From contig JBMORU010000001.1 in assembly GCA_049322215.1 (NCBI GenBank), positions 644,023 through 708,022 of the forward strand: a stretch of DNA of 64,000 nt, in the 5' to 3' direction. Below, in pieces: positions 1 to 9,000 of the stretch. A model generated the notes under the pieces. That model ran no database searches, had not been told where the DNA came from, and saw only the letters and a list, made by a program, of their open reading frames with translations. The stretch comes from Patescibacteria group bacterium (GTDB taxonomy: Bacteria; Patescibacteriota; WWE3; UBA101185; UBA10185). Position 1 is the stretch's first letter; the number at the start of each line of letters is the position of its first letter. The translations under genes and the position numbers were made by a program.

Positions 1-678
1 GGTTTAACAAACTGGGAAGTCGATGGTTCTTATGGGCTTGCGATTACGCTTGGTGGAAAAGAAGTGCGTCTTTTGGATTTAGCAAATGTATACGCTACGT
101 TATCTAGGAACGGTATATACAAGGATACTACCGGTTTACTGTCGGTTAAAGATGCTTTAGGTAATGAAATATATAGGGATACTAGAGAATCTAAGCGTGT
201 AGTTTCAGAAGGAGCTTCTTACTTACTAACGCATATATTATCAGACAGTAGAGCCCGTTTACCTGCATTTGGAATAAACAGTTTTCTAGATATTGATGGA
301 TATAGTGTGGCAGTTAAAACAGGCACATCTGATGAGAAGCGTGATAACTTAACAGTTGGATATACCCCTTCGTATGTAGTGGCGGTTTGGGTTGGTAATA
401 ACGATTACTCTCCTATGAATAAACAATTGGCTTCTGGTTTAAGTGGTGCTGCTCCAATGTGGAACCGCATAATGACTCGCACTTTAGAAGGGAGCTCGCC
501 AGAGCACTTTGAAATGCCTTCTAATGTATTTGTTTTCACTGATTCAAATTGTAATAATAAAGTAGAAGTATTTATTAAAGGCACCGAACCTGAACGTTTA
601 TGTTCTCCAGGAAAAAACTTTGATGAAAAAAAAGTTAATGTAAGTAAACAAGTGAGAGGAGGTGGCACTTTTGAGTAA
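1..678 (+). CDS. Penicillin-binding protein (class A PBP) transpeptidase domain, C-terminal part; 5'-partial, reading frame is open from nt 1
   Basis: Frame 1 is open from the window edge (GLTNWEVDGSYGLAITLGGKEV...). Contains the KTG motif (AVKTGTS) and PBP-like segments LANVYATL and GAAPMWNRIM. Confidence 0.8.
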   Translation, partial: GLTNWEVDGSYGLAITLGGKEVRLLDLANVYATLSRNGIYKDTTGLLSVKDALGNEIYRDTRESKRVVSEGASYLLTHILSDSRARLPAFGINSFLDIDGYSVAVKTGTSDEKRDNLTVGYTPSYVVAVWVGNNDYSPMNKQLASGLSGAAPMWNRIMTRTLEGSSPEHFEMPSNVFVFTDSNCNNKVEVFIKGTEPERLCSPGKNFDEKKVNVSKQVRGGGTFE

Positions 679-1135
679 AAAAGTGACTGAACAAAAAATT
701 TCTAACAAAAGTTTAATAAAAACGATGCTTGATAAAATTATGATACGCATTAAAAAAGAAAACCCCGATGCAACATGGAGTAATTTGTTAACTGGATTGG
801 GTATTTTACTTTTGGTAGCTGTATTTAGCATTTCTTATTTTGGGCGTACCCCTGGTGATACAACTGTTTTAGGAGATTCGGAGGAAGCTACAAGTAGTTT
901 AACTGAAGATTCAAAAGTAGAAGATTTGGGAATCTTCACTACTGACTTAAACAAAAAAACAGTAATTGTTGAAAAGGGCGAAGGTCTTTGGCATGTGGCA
1001 AAAAGAGCATGCGGAAACGGAGAGTTATACAATTACCTTGCAAAAGCTAATGGGCTAAACATTTGGTCTTCTGTATATGTGGGGCAGGAGTTAGTTTTAG
1101 ATTGTGGGCCTATAAACTCTTCTCAAAACAATTAG
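662..1135 (+). CDS. Membrane-anchored LysM-domain protein
   Basis: GTG start in the track; an internal ATG (MLDKIM) is also possible. Single TM segment (LLTGLGILLLVAVFSISYF), acidic Ser/Thr-rich linker, C-terminal LysM (TVIVEKGEGLWHVAKRACGNGELYNYLAKANGLN..VGQELVL). Paralogous in architecture to the ORF at 39504-40109. Confidence 0.6.
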   Translation: MALLSKKVTEQKISNKSLIKTMLDKIMIRIKKENPDATWSNLLTGLGILLLVAVFSISYFGRTPGDTTVLGDSEEATSSLTEDSKVEDLGIFTTDLNKKTVIVEKGEGLWHVAKRACGNGELYNYLAKANGLNIWSSVYVGQELVLDCGPINSSQNN

Positions 1136-1236
1136 TTTTAAATGTTACCTGGCAATAAGAAACACCTTTTATATTGAAGCTACTAACCTATAGTGGTATA
1201 ATTAATAGACGCATACTACTAATAAGGAGATTCTCA

Positions 1237-1578
1237 ATGAAAATTGTAGACATGCTAAATTGCAGTGCGGAAAGTGAACTAAAAGCAGCTAAAAGAAGTG
1301 GCCTTTTTGTTTATGTTATTCCGCAAGTTGTGCCCCGTAAGGGAATTGTTTCTCGATGGGGTTTAGTACTAGATGGTAACGAAAATAGAGAATTCAAAAC
1401 TCTATATGTTGCTATTAAAGTTTTCGCTTTGCTTAAGGCATATCAGCAACCAAGTCGGTTGTATGTTTTGTACATTGCAGTACATGCAGCTATTTGGAAG
1501 TTTTTAGCGCCAGTACGAAGCTTGGAAAACGTTTTAATATCTGGAGGTTATCTGAAGGATATTAAACGTTTAAGGTAG
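1237..1578 (+). CDS. Hypothetical small cytoplasmic protein (113 aa from the internal ATG)
   Basis: AGGAG RBS at ~1224-1228 is 8 nt upstream of ATG 1237 (MKIVDMLNC...). No recognisable domain. G+C slightly above background. Confidence 0.4.
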   Translation: MKIVDMLNCSAESELKAAKRSGLFVYVIPQVVPRKGIVSRWGLVLDGNENREFKTLYVAIKVFALLKAYQQPSRLYVLYIAVHAAIWKFLAPVRSLENVLISGGYLKDIKRLR

Positions 1579-1584
1579 GTTTCA

Positions 1585-1941
1585 ATGCGAATACCTGAAG
1601 CACTTTTCAAGAAAGGTTTGAGTATGCTGCTTGGGAATTCAAAAGATATACGTGTTAACACAAGTAACGGGTCTTTCGTTGATCTTGACTATGTGCGCGT
1701 TGTTAAGACGTTTATTAACAGATCCCGGCAACTATACTTATTGCGATACAATGACCCTTACGATAATCCAGCTTCTGAAACCGAAATGCGCTTGCTAGAT
1801 GATATAGAATCGCAACTAAATCATTTGAATATGCAGGCGTTTAAGCGGGAAAAGCGTGTTGATCGTGGGGATGTAGTAGCTTTTGTTCAAACACTAAAGG
1901 AGCTTGAAAAAGAGCAAAAAGCTGACTTGGGAATAAAATAA
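1585..1941 (+). CDS. Hypothetical small protein (118 aa)
   Basis: Starts 6 nt after the stop of the preceding ORF, so the two are likely co-transcribed or translationally coupled. Helical C-terminus; no recognisable domain. Confidence 0.4.
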   Translation: MRIPEALFKKGLSMLLGNSKDIRVNTSNGSFVDLDYVRVVKTFINRSRQLYLLRYNDPYDNPASETEMRLLDDIESQLNHLNMQAFKREKRVDRGDVVAFVQTLKELEKEQKADLGIK

Positions 1942-1970
1942 TCTTTTAGTCTCTCAAATAAGGAGTTGAA

Positions 1971-2456
1971 ATGAGACCAAGAATTAGTTACACAACATTT
2001 TTGATAATCATTGGTGTTTTGACTTTGTTACTTTCGCTAGTCATAAACGCTTTTTCTGAGGTCAATGCGAACGCATTTTTGAGTCAGGGTAAGGCAACCC
2101 TTTATGTCGGTCATTCCAATACTGACTTAGGGTTTGTATCTGATAACAGTTTTGTATTGAAAGCCAACTACGAATATTTGGCATCATACAATACGGTTGA
2201 AGACGTTGACTTGATTTTGCGAGTTTATTCCCCTGAGCGGTTTACTTTTTACAGCACTGGGGAATGCCACACAGGTTGCGTGCCCACATACAACAGCGAA
2301 AGTGAACTGTACTGGGCAAACATTACTGTTAAGCAAACCACCGGCAAATTTCAACCTGTTGCTATTGAAGGTGGTTCTGGTCCTTTTGGATTGGTTACAA
2401 GCTTAAATAAAGATGTTCCTGCAATTCTAATGCACTTCACATTTGAGCCTGAGTAA
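1971..2456 (+). CDS. Hypothetical secreted or membrane-anchored protein (161 aa)
   Basis: AAGGAG RBS before ATG 1971. N-terminal hydrophobic segment (TFLIIIGVLTLLLSLVINAF). Cys-containing mature part; no recognisable domain. Confidence 0.45.
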   Translation: MRPRISYTTFLIIIGVLTLLLSLVINAFSEVNANAFLSQGKATLYVGHSNTDLGFVSDNSFVLKANYEYLASYNTVEDVDLILRVYSPERFTFYSTGECHTGCVPTYNSESELYWANITVKQTTGKFQPVAIEGGSGPFGLVTSLNKDVPAILMHFTFEPE

Positions 2457-2553
2457 CCATATTATAGGTACATAAGTTATGTTTTATTTCATAATTTATG
2501 TACCTTTTTTTTACTTTTCAAACCCGAAACTTTCCCGTATACTAATTTTTGCT

Positions 2554-5523
2554 ATGTCTAACGTTAAAGACACGATTACCGTTAAAGGTGCTCGTGAGCA
2601 CAATTTAAAAGATATAAATGTAGAAATTCCCAAAAATAAATTTGTAGTTTTTACTGGCGTTTCGGGGTCGGGAAAATCTTCTTTAGCAATGGATACAATT
2701 TATGCCGAAGGCCAAAGACGTTATGTTGAAAGCCTGTCTGCATACGCGCGTCAATTTTTAGGTGTAATGGATAAGCCCGATGTAGATAGTATTGAAGGTT
2801 TATCTCCGGCAATTGCGATTGATCAAAAAACAACTTCTCGTAATCCACGTTCAACCGTTGGAACAGTTACCGAAGTTTACGATTTTTTACGCCTACTTTT
2901 TGCTCGTGTTGGGCACCCATCATGCCCAAATTGTGGAAGAGAAATTAGCCGTCAGAGTACGCAGCAAATTGTAGACAACATATTAGATTTAGCTAGTAAA
3001 GAATCTGAATTTTCTACCTCGCGCGGTGTTAGAATGCTTATTTTGTCTCCGGTTATAAAAGACAGAAAAGGAGAGTATTCAGCATTATTTTCAAATTTAA
3101 AAAAACAGGGAATTATCCGCGCACGTATTGACGGTGAAGTAAGAAACTTAAATGAGCAGTTTGATTTAATTAAAACTAATAAGCATACAATAGATGCGGT
3201 TTTAAATAGATTAATTTTGTCTAAAGACAAAGTTTCTGATCCTGAAGAAGAAAAAATATTAAAAAGCAATTTATACCAAACCATTGAAACCGCTCTTCGC
3301 TTATCCAACGGGACGGCTATAGTAACTATTGTTAAAGATAAGGCTTTTGATTTTAGCGAAAACCCTAAAGAATTTGAAGATCATTTATTTTCAGAAAACT
3401 TTGCTTGTCCTGTGTGCAATATTTCGTTGCCTGAAATAGAACCAAGAAACTTTTCTTTTAATTCACCTCATGGGGCTTGCCCACAATGTGATGGTTTAGG
3501 CACCGAACTAAAAATTGCCGAAGATATGATTATTAATCCAAGATTATCTGTACATGAAGGAGGCATATCACCCTGGACTCGTTTGTTTGAACATAATTCA
3601 TGGACTGCTAAAGTTGTTGAAGCTGTAGCAGATAAATATAACATTCCTTTAGATACACATATTGGAGATTTAGATGAAAAAGCAAGAAAAACTTTACTAT
3701 ATGGAATACCTTCTGGAAAAAGAGTAGTAGTTGACTATATTTCTAAAGAAGGCCACTCCGGAACATTTAATGCAAAGTTTGAAGGGGTTATTCCTAATTT
3801 AGTACGTCGCCATAAAGAAACAAATTCTGATTACATTCGCAAAGAAATTGAAAAATATATGGTAAAGGAATCATGTCCTTTGTGTAAAGGAACTCGTTTA
3901 AAAAAGGAATCTTTATCAGTAACTATAAATTCTTTAAATATTTCTGAAGTCACAAACTTTTCTATTAATGACTTTTCTGAGTGGTTTGATTCTTTGCAGG
4001 GAATATTTTCTGAAAGAGAACTTAAAATTGCTGCTCCTGTTAAAAAAGAAATTTCCTATAGAATTAAATTTTTGCTTGATGTTGGCTTAGGCTATTTAAC
4101 ACTAAATAGGTCTGCCTCACAGCTATCTGGTGGGGAAGCTCAAAGAATTAGACTGGCATCACAAATAGGCTCTGGGTTATCTGGGGTGCTTTACGTTTTA
4201 GACGAACCTTCTATTGGACTTCACCAAAGAGATCAACACAAGTTAATTAACACACTTAAGCACTTGCGAGATTTGGGCAATACGGTGCTAGTTGTAGAAC
4301 ACGACACTGAAACAATGCTTGAAAGCGACTATATTTTTGATTTTGGCCCCGGAGCAGGAATTCACGGTGGGACTGTTACAGCTAAAGGAACTCCTGCAGA
4401 TTTGATGGAAGATAAAAATTCTCTAACAGGCATGTACTTGGCTGGTAAAAAAAATGTAGGAGAGGCTGTTTTTAAAGCAACAAAAGATCATATGCTCGAG
4501 CCTGTAAAAGATGCTCAAGATAAACATTTAAAAATACTAAATGCTGCCGGAAGAAATTTAAAAGGAATAGATGTAGAAATTCCCTTAGGGAAATTAGTTT
4601 GTGTTACAGGAGTTTCAGGGTCAGGTAAATCTACTTTAGTAATGGACACTTTATATAAGTCATTAAGGCATGAGTTTGGTTTACGTATAGAGGAAATGCC
4701 CGAACCTAACGACGGTTTATATGGCGTTGAAAACATAGATAAGGTAATAGCAATTGATCAAACTCCAATTGGGCGTACTCCAAAATCTAATCCTGCAACT
4801 TACACCAAGGTTTTTGATCATATTCGTTCATTATTTGCGCAAACAGAAGAAGCGCGAATTCGAGGGTATAAACCTGGAAGATTTAGCTTTAACGTAAAGG
4901 GAGGTCGTTGTGAAGCATGCGCTGGTGAAGGGCAAATAAAAATCGAAATGCAATTTATGCCTGATGTGTATGTAAACTGTGAAGTATGTGAAGGCAAAAG
5001 GTACAATAGCGAAGCTTTAGAAATACATTATAAAGGTAAAAATATAAGTGATGTTTTAAATATGACGGTAGAAGATGCTTTAGGTTTTTTTGAAAATATT
5101 CCACAAATTAGGCGTCGCTTGCAAACAATAAATGATGTTGGTTTAGGATATATTCGCTTAGGGCAGCCCGCCCCTACACTTTCGGGCGGCGAAGCTCAAC
5201 GTGTTAAATTAGCCTTAGAATTATCAAAACAGTCTACAGGTAAAACCTTTTACATTCTCGATGAACCTACTACCGGTTTACACTTTGCCGATTTAGAACG
5301 TTTAATAAGTATAGTTAAGCGTTTAACTGCAAAAGGAAACACTGTGTTAGTAATTGAGCATAATTTAGATGTTATAGCTAATGCTGATTGGGTTATTGAC
5401 CTCGGTTACGAGGGGGGTGATCTTGGAGGCCAACTAGTTTTTTCAGGACCCCTAAATGATTTATTGCAACATAAAAAATCATACACAGCAGAAGCACTGC
5501 GCCAACTAAAAAGTATAAATTAG
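2554..5523 (+). CDS. uvrA: Excinuclease ABC subunit A (UvrA)
   Basis: Canonical N-terminus MSNVKDTITVKGAREHNLKDINVEIP. Two ABC ATPase modules (GVSGSGKSSLA and GVSGSGKSTLV; LSGGEAQR twice). Zinc-finger Cys pairs (CPNCGR, CPVC, CPQCDG, CEAC, CEVCEG). The track ORF starts earlier at 2479; start 2554 is chosen by homology. Confidence 0.95.
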   Translation: MSNVKDTITVKGAREHNLKDINVEIPKNKFVVFTGVSGSGKSSLAMDTIYAEGQRRYVESLSAYARQFLGVMDKPDVDSIEGLSPAIAIDQKTTSRNPRSTVGTVTEVYDFLRLLFARVGHPSCPNCGREISRQSTQQIVDNILDLASKESEFSTSRGVRMLILSPVIKDRKGEYSALFSNLKKQGIIRARIDGEVRNLNEQFDLIKTNKHTIDAVLNRLILSKDKVSDPEEEKILKSNLYQTIETALRLSNGTAIVTIVKDKAFDFSENPKEFEDHLFSENFACPVCNISLPEIEPRNFSFNSPHGACPQCDGLGTELKIAEDMIINPRLSVHEGGISPWTRLFEHNSWTAKVVEAVADKYNIPLDTHIGDLDEKARKTLLYGIPSGKRVVVDYISKEGHSGTFNAKFEGVIPNLVRRHKETNSDYIRKEIEKYMVKESCPLCKGTRLKKESLSVTINSLNISEVTNFSINDFSEWFDSLQGIFSERELKIAAPVKKEISYRIKFLLDVGLGYLTLNRSASQLSGGEAQRIRLASQIGSGLSGVLYVLDEPSIGLHQRDQHKLINTLKHLRDLGNTVLVVEHDTETMLESDYIFDFGPGAGIHGGTVTAKGTPADLMEDKNSLTGMYLAGKKNVGEAVFKATKDHMLEPVKDAQDKHLKILNAAGRNLKGIDVEIPLGKLVCVTGVSGSGKSTLVMDTLYKSLRHEFGLRIEEMPEPNDGLYGVENIDKVIAIDQTPIGRTPKSNPATYTKVFDHIRSLFAQTEEARIRGYKPGRFSFNVKGGRCEACAGEGQIKIEMQFMPDVYVNCEVCEGKRYNSEALEIHYKGKNISDVLNMTVEDALGFFENIPQIRRRLQTINDVGLGYIRLGQPAPTLSGGEAQRVKLALELSKQSTGKTFYILDEPTTGLHFADLERLISIVKRLTAKGNTVLVIEHNLDVIANADWVIDLGYEGGDLGGQLVFSGPLNDLLQHKKSYTAEALRQLKSIN

Positions 5524-7294
5524 CTTTACTAAAATCTGCTTTTTGTGGATTTCCCTCTTTAATTACTAAGTCTTTTTCTATTGTTTCACCCGTGAAGGTT
5601 TCATATTCAACGGTTGTGCTATTTCTTGGGATAGTAGCTTTTAGAGTTTGTCCTGGAACTAATTTTTTTCCTGTGTTTTGTATGTCGAATGCCGAAATGT
5701 TACCCTCATTTTTTATATAAAAAGTTTTTTGTCCTCGTAGTAAATTAATGGGGTTTAAATCTGGTGCTGCGTATAGAAATAAACTTTCTTCAAAAGGAGT
5801 TTCAGTACTATCTTGTGCAAAGTCAACCTCGACTTGTTTAGAATCCTCAGCTGTTTTATACGTTCCCGCTGGAAGAGGATATTCTGAGTCAGTACCTTTA
5901 ATTACGAAAGCAAAGTGGTTTGTATCAAGTTTTGTGAAGTAATCTGTTTCTGAAGTACTTCCCCATGTAGGATCAATAGCAACCCAACCATAAAAAGGAT
6001 CGTAAAATTCAGGCCAAGCGTGAAGTAGGTCTCCGCCTTTTATATTTATTGATAATGGTGTTACATTGTTTTCTCTTGCTAGTGCAAAACCGTCTAATTC
6101 TCTGGCTGGTATTCCCATGGCACGCGCAGTAGCAATAAACAGGTCGGTAAATTCCATGCAAGCCCAGGCTCCTTGTTCTGTCAGTGCTTTTAAGGCGCCA
6201 CTTCTTTCAATATACTCTTTATTAGTAATATCAAAGTCGTAAGTCAGGTTTTCTGTTATATAGTTGTAAATGTTTTGAGCATTTTCAGCTACGGTTTTGT
6301 CTTGCTCTTTTAGCTTGCTTGCCAAATTTTGAACTTGGTTCGAACTTACTTCCCAGTAAGTGTCTTCCTTAGTGTATTCTTTAACCAGAAGTTGTGGTAA
6401 ATCTTCGAAATCTCCGCCAAATTCAGGTTGAATTTGCCTTCCTGAAATTCTTACAGAACCGATTGTTTCTATTTTTAAATCTTCATTTGGTTGAAGCTTA
6501 TATAACGCAATGGTGTTTCCATCGGTGTCTGTATAAATATCAAAAGGCTCTGGAGTTAGTTTGTCTATTTTTACTTGCTGCATGTTTTTTATATCAGGTG
6601 GTAAGGCTATTTCCATTTGAGCTGTGAAGTTATTTTCGTTCACAAGATGGTAACTTAACTTATAGTTAATCACTTGGTATTGTCCAAAAGCCGCAGTAAT
6701 TCCGCCTTGTTTGAGGTTTTCTTTATTAAACGTGTAAATTGAATGAGTATCAGTAGTTTCAGTAAAAAATGGTTTAGGTGAAATAAAAATTTCTGGGCCA
6801 AAGCTTTTTGGAACTTTTAAAATAATGTCGTAATTTTTTGTGAGTTCTAATGTGTCTACCTTTGGTATGTGAATATTCCACACTTCGCCAACTTTATTTG
6901 CTGCATCTTTTGTTTTGTATTGCAGTTGAAAGTTAGTTGCTCTTCCTTCTCCAACAATTTGTGAATTGAAATCTGCGTTTATTGTTGTGCTATTTTCTTG
7001 TTCTTCAATTTCTATATCTAAGTCTCCTTGATCGTCACTACCTTCTACATCATATATATTCATTTGTTTTATAGTTAATGCATATTTTCTAGCTAAGAGA
7101 TCGCTGGTTTTGTTGGTTATTCCTATATGTTGTATAACATTTGTTTCGCCAGTTGCTTCTATTTCATAGTTGACTACAAATTCAGTTTCAAACTCATTTT
7201 GTGCATATACTACGCTGGCAAATATAGAACCAAATATTAAGAAGAAAAAAACAAACAGAGTTTTAATAGATTTCATGTTATTAAATTTTAGCAT
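5393..7294 (-). CDS. Secreted, C-terminally membrane-anchored transglutaminase-like (papain-fold) protein
   Basis: N-terminal signal peptide (MKSIKTLFVFFFLIFGSIFASVVYA). Transglutaminase-like core with a Cys/His/Asp arrangement (GAWACMEFTDLFIATARAMGIPARELDGF ... HAWPEFYDPFYGWVAIDPTWG). C-terminal TM helix. The last 43 codons overlap the 3' end of uvrA on the opposite strand. Confidence 0.6.
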   Translation of the reverse strand: MLKFNNMKSIKTLFVFFFLIFGSIFASVVYAQNEFETEFVVNYEIEATGETNVIQHIGITNKTSDLLARKYALTIKQMNIYDVEGSDDQGDLDIEIEEQENSTTINADFNSQIVGEGRATNFQLQYKTKDAANKVGEVWNIHIPKVDTLELTKNYDIILKVPKSFGPEIFISPKPFFTETTDTHSIYTFNKENLKQGGITAAFGQYQVINYKLSYHLVNENNFTAQMEIALPPDIKNMQQVKIDKLTPEPFDIYTDTDGNTIALYKLQPNEDLKIETIGSVRISGRQIQPEFGGDFEDLPQLLVKEYTKEDTYWEVSSNQVQNLASKLKEQDKTVAENAQNIYNYITENLTYDFDITNKEYIERSGALKALTEQGAWACMEFTDLFIATARAMGIPARELDGFALARENNVTPLSINIKGGDLLHAWPEFYDPFYGWVAIDPTWGSTSETDYFTKLDTNHFAFVIKGTDSEYPLPAGTYKTAEDSKQVEVDFAQDSTETPFEESLFLYAAPDLNPINLLRGQKTFYIKNEGNISAFDIQNTGKKLVPGQTLKATIPRNSTTVEYETFTGETIEKDLVIKEGNPQKADFSKANLYFLVGAVLLLCMIFYVAINHLGVLKKLVGLQDHPPRNRGQ

Positions 7295-7418
7295 TTAAAA
7301 GTTGGAATGTGACAAAAAAATAGGTATAGGTAGCCGATGATGTATTACGTTAACAATGTTCTCTTCGATGTTAAAACGTATTTAAAAGGGCTTACCTATA
7401 CCTATGTAACATATAACT

Positions 7419-7534
7419 CCGCCTATGTGTTTGGCCGGCCAATGTAACTGTAACCAAAACCATAATCCATCAGGGCCGGCGAGTGGCGGTTGCGGGACTC
7501 CTGGGCGCTTTGTTGCGTCAGTGTTCGTGCCCGC
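7419..7534. ncRNA. Candidate structured RNA / GC-rich hairpin element in the intergenic region between the transglutaminase-like gene and uvrC
   Basis: Nested helices CCGCC[..GGCCGGCC-33nt-GGCCGGC..]GGCGG followed by GCGGGAC...GTGCCCGC. Local G+C far above the intergenic background. Preceded by a 14-bp AT-rich stem (7322-7335 with 7389-7404). No family identified. Confidence 0.2.
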
Positions 7535-7630
7535 TAAAACTAATCGATTAGTGACAAGAATTTTATCAAAAACACCCTTGTTTGTCAACCTATAGTTAAA
7601 TCTATTGTAATACAATGTTAAAATTTAGTA

Positions 7631-8986
7631 ATGGAAAATAATCTACTATTATCCAAAGTTAAAAAACTACCTAAAGTACCCGGTGTTTATTTGTTTAAAA
7701 ACTCAGCGGGGAAAATTATTTATGTTGGAAAGGCAAAAATTTTAAGAAATCGTGTTAAATCCTATTTTCAAGGAAATTTATTACAAGGATCAAAAACAAA
7801 ATCACTAGTTGATAGAATTTTTGACCTTGAATACATTGAAGCATTATCTGAGCTAGAAGCTCTAATACTAGAAGCTCAGCTAATTAAAAAATATAAACCA
7901 AAATATAATATTGCCTTAAAAGATGATAAATCTTACTTATACATAGTGATTAGAAATGAAAAGGTTATAAAAAGCGGGCGTGAAGTAATAGTTCCAAAAG
8001 TTTTAACATGCCACGAAACTGATCTAAAAAGAAAAGATATAGTATTTGGTCCCTACCCACATGGAAGAACTGCCCAATATGTTGTTAGAACGTTACGTAA
8101 AGCATTACCCTACAGAGACTGCAGTGTAAGTAAGTTTAATAAATATGCCAGAATGGATCAGCCTTGTTTATATGGGCATATAGGTTTGTGTTCTGCCCCG
8201 TGTACAAGCAGCACTTCCATACTTGAGTATAAGAAAGATATTTCACGATTAAGAAGCATATTATCTGGTAAGAGTTCTTCAATGCTAAAGCGTGTAGAAA
8301 AGCAAATGCAGCATTCCTCACTAAATCAGGAATATGAAAAAGCTGCAAAATATAGAGATATTCTGAAAAAGTTTAGATATATTAGGCAAAGTTTTAGAAC
8401 TGCGGATAAATATATTGAAAATCCTTATTTAGTTGAAGATATGATTAATCAGGCGCTGGATTCTCTTGTATTAAACATTCCACATTTAAATAAACTACCG
8501 AAAAGAATTGAATGTTATGATATTTCGAATTTATCAGGGAAAGAAGCTACTGGATCAATGGTTGTTGCAATTAATGGGCGTTTAACAAATAAAGAATACA
8601 GAAACTTTAAAATTAAACTTAAAGATACACCTGACGATTTTGCCATGATGCGTGAAGTTTTATATAGGCGCCTTTCGCGTGAAGTTGCACCTACAAAAAC
8701 TAGAAAACCATGGGGAACGCCTGACTTATTAGTTGTAGATGGGGGTAAAGGTCAAGTTTCTATAGCTTTAGAAGTGGCTAAGGAACTTAATGTTGATTTG
8801 CCAATAATTGGTTTAGCAAAGCGTTTTGAGCATATTGTTTACTTTGATGGGGAAAACTTTAGCGAAATTGCTCTTTCAAAGAGCGATCCTGGGTTAAAGT
8901 TGTTACAGCGCTTAAGAGATGAGTCTCATAGGTTTGCCAGAAGATACCATCATAAGTTAAGACTACAAAAGATTAGATCTTCCTAG
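7631..8986 (+). CDS. uvrC: Excinuclease ABC subunit C (UvrC), short form lacking the C-terminal (HhH)2 domain
   Basis: GIY-YIG domain (PGVYLFKNSAGKIIYVGKAKILRNRVKSYF). Cys-rich region (RDCSV..QPCLYGHIGLCSAPC). UVR motif (EYEKAAKYRDILKKF). RNaseH-like endonuclease domain (IECYDISNLSG). Ends at 451 aa directly before the next gene. Confidence 0.85.
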   Translation: MENNLLLSKVKKLPKVPGVYLFKNSAGKIIYVGKAKILRNRVKSYFQGNLLQGSKTKSLVDRIFDLEYIEALSELEALILEAQLIKKYKPKYNIALKDDKSYLYIVIRNEKVIKSGREVIVPKVLTCHETDLKRKDIVFGPYPHGRTAQYVVRTLRKALPYRDCSVSKFNKYARMDQPCLYGHIGLCSAPCTSSTSILEYKKDISRLRSILSGKSSSMLKRVEKQMQHSSLNQEYEKAAKYRDILKKFRYIRQSFRTADKYIENPYLVEDMINQALDSLVLNIPHLNKLPKRIECYDISNLSGKEATGSMVVAINGRLTNKEYRNFKIKLKDTPDDFAMMREVLYRRLSREVAPTKTRKPWGTPDLLVVDGGKGQVSIALEVAKELNVDLPIIGLAKRFEHIVYFDGENFSEIALSKSDPGLKLLQRLRDESHRFARRYHHKLRLQKIRSS

Positions 8987-9000
8987 TAGTATAGAATCAA

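Noticed and set aside
405-831. Minus-strand ORFs 405-668 and 598-831 from the six-frame track
   Set aside because: They lie antisense within and overlapping the PBP/LysM genes, have no RBS and have low-complexity translations. They are the typical shadow ORFs of AT-rich DNA. The same applies to the other short antisense ORFs in the track (e.g. 2651-2854, 4515-4736, 8136-8348, 15483-15821, 25003-25424, 28530-28772, 51155-51751, 52934-53175, 59282-59485, 61154-61393).
7419-7534. SRP (4.5S) RNA, RNase P RNA, tmRNA or fluoride riboswitch identity for the GC-rich element
   Set aside because: None was found: the conserved SRP domain IV motif (GGAAGCAGCC / GNRA apical loop); the RNase P P4 sequences; the tRNA-like termini of tmRNA; the ordered crcB-motif blocks. 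Only fragments such as CCGAUGAUG occur. So no family assignment is made.
7382-7615. 77-aa minus-strand ORF in the uvrC upstream region
   Set aside because: It coincides with the GC-rich hairpin element. It has no RBS and its translation is Pro/Gly/Trp-rich, with no membrane or domain features. More likely a noncoding structured region.
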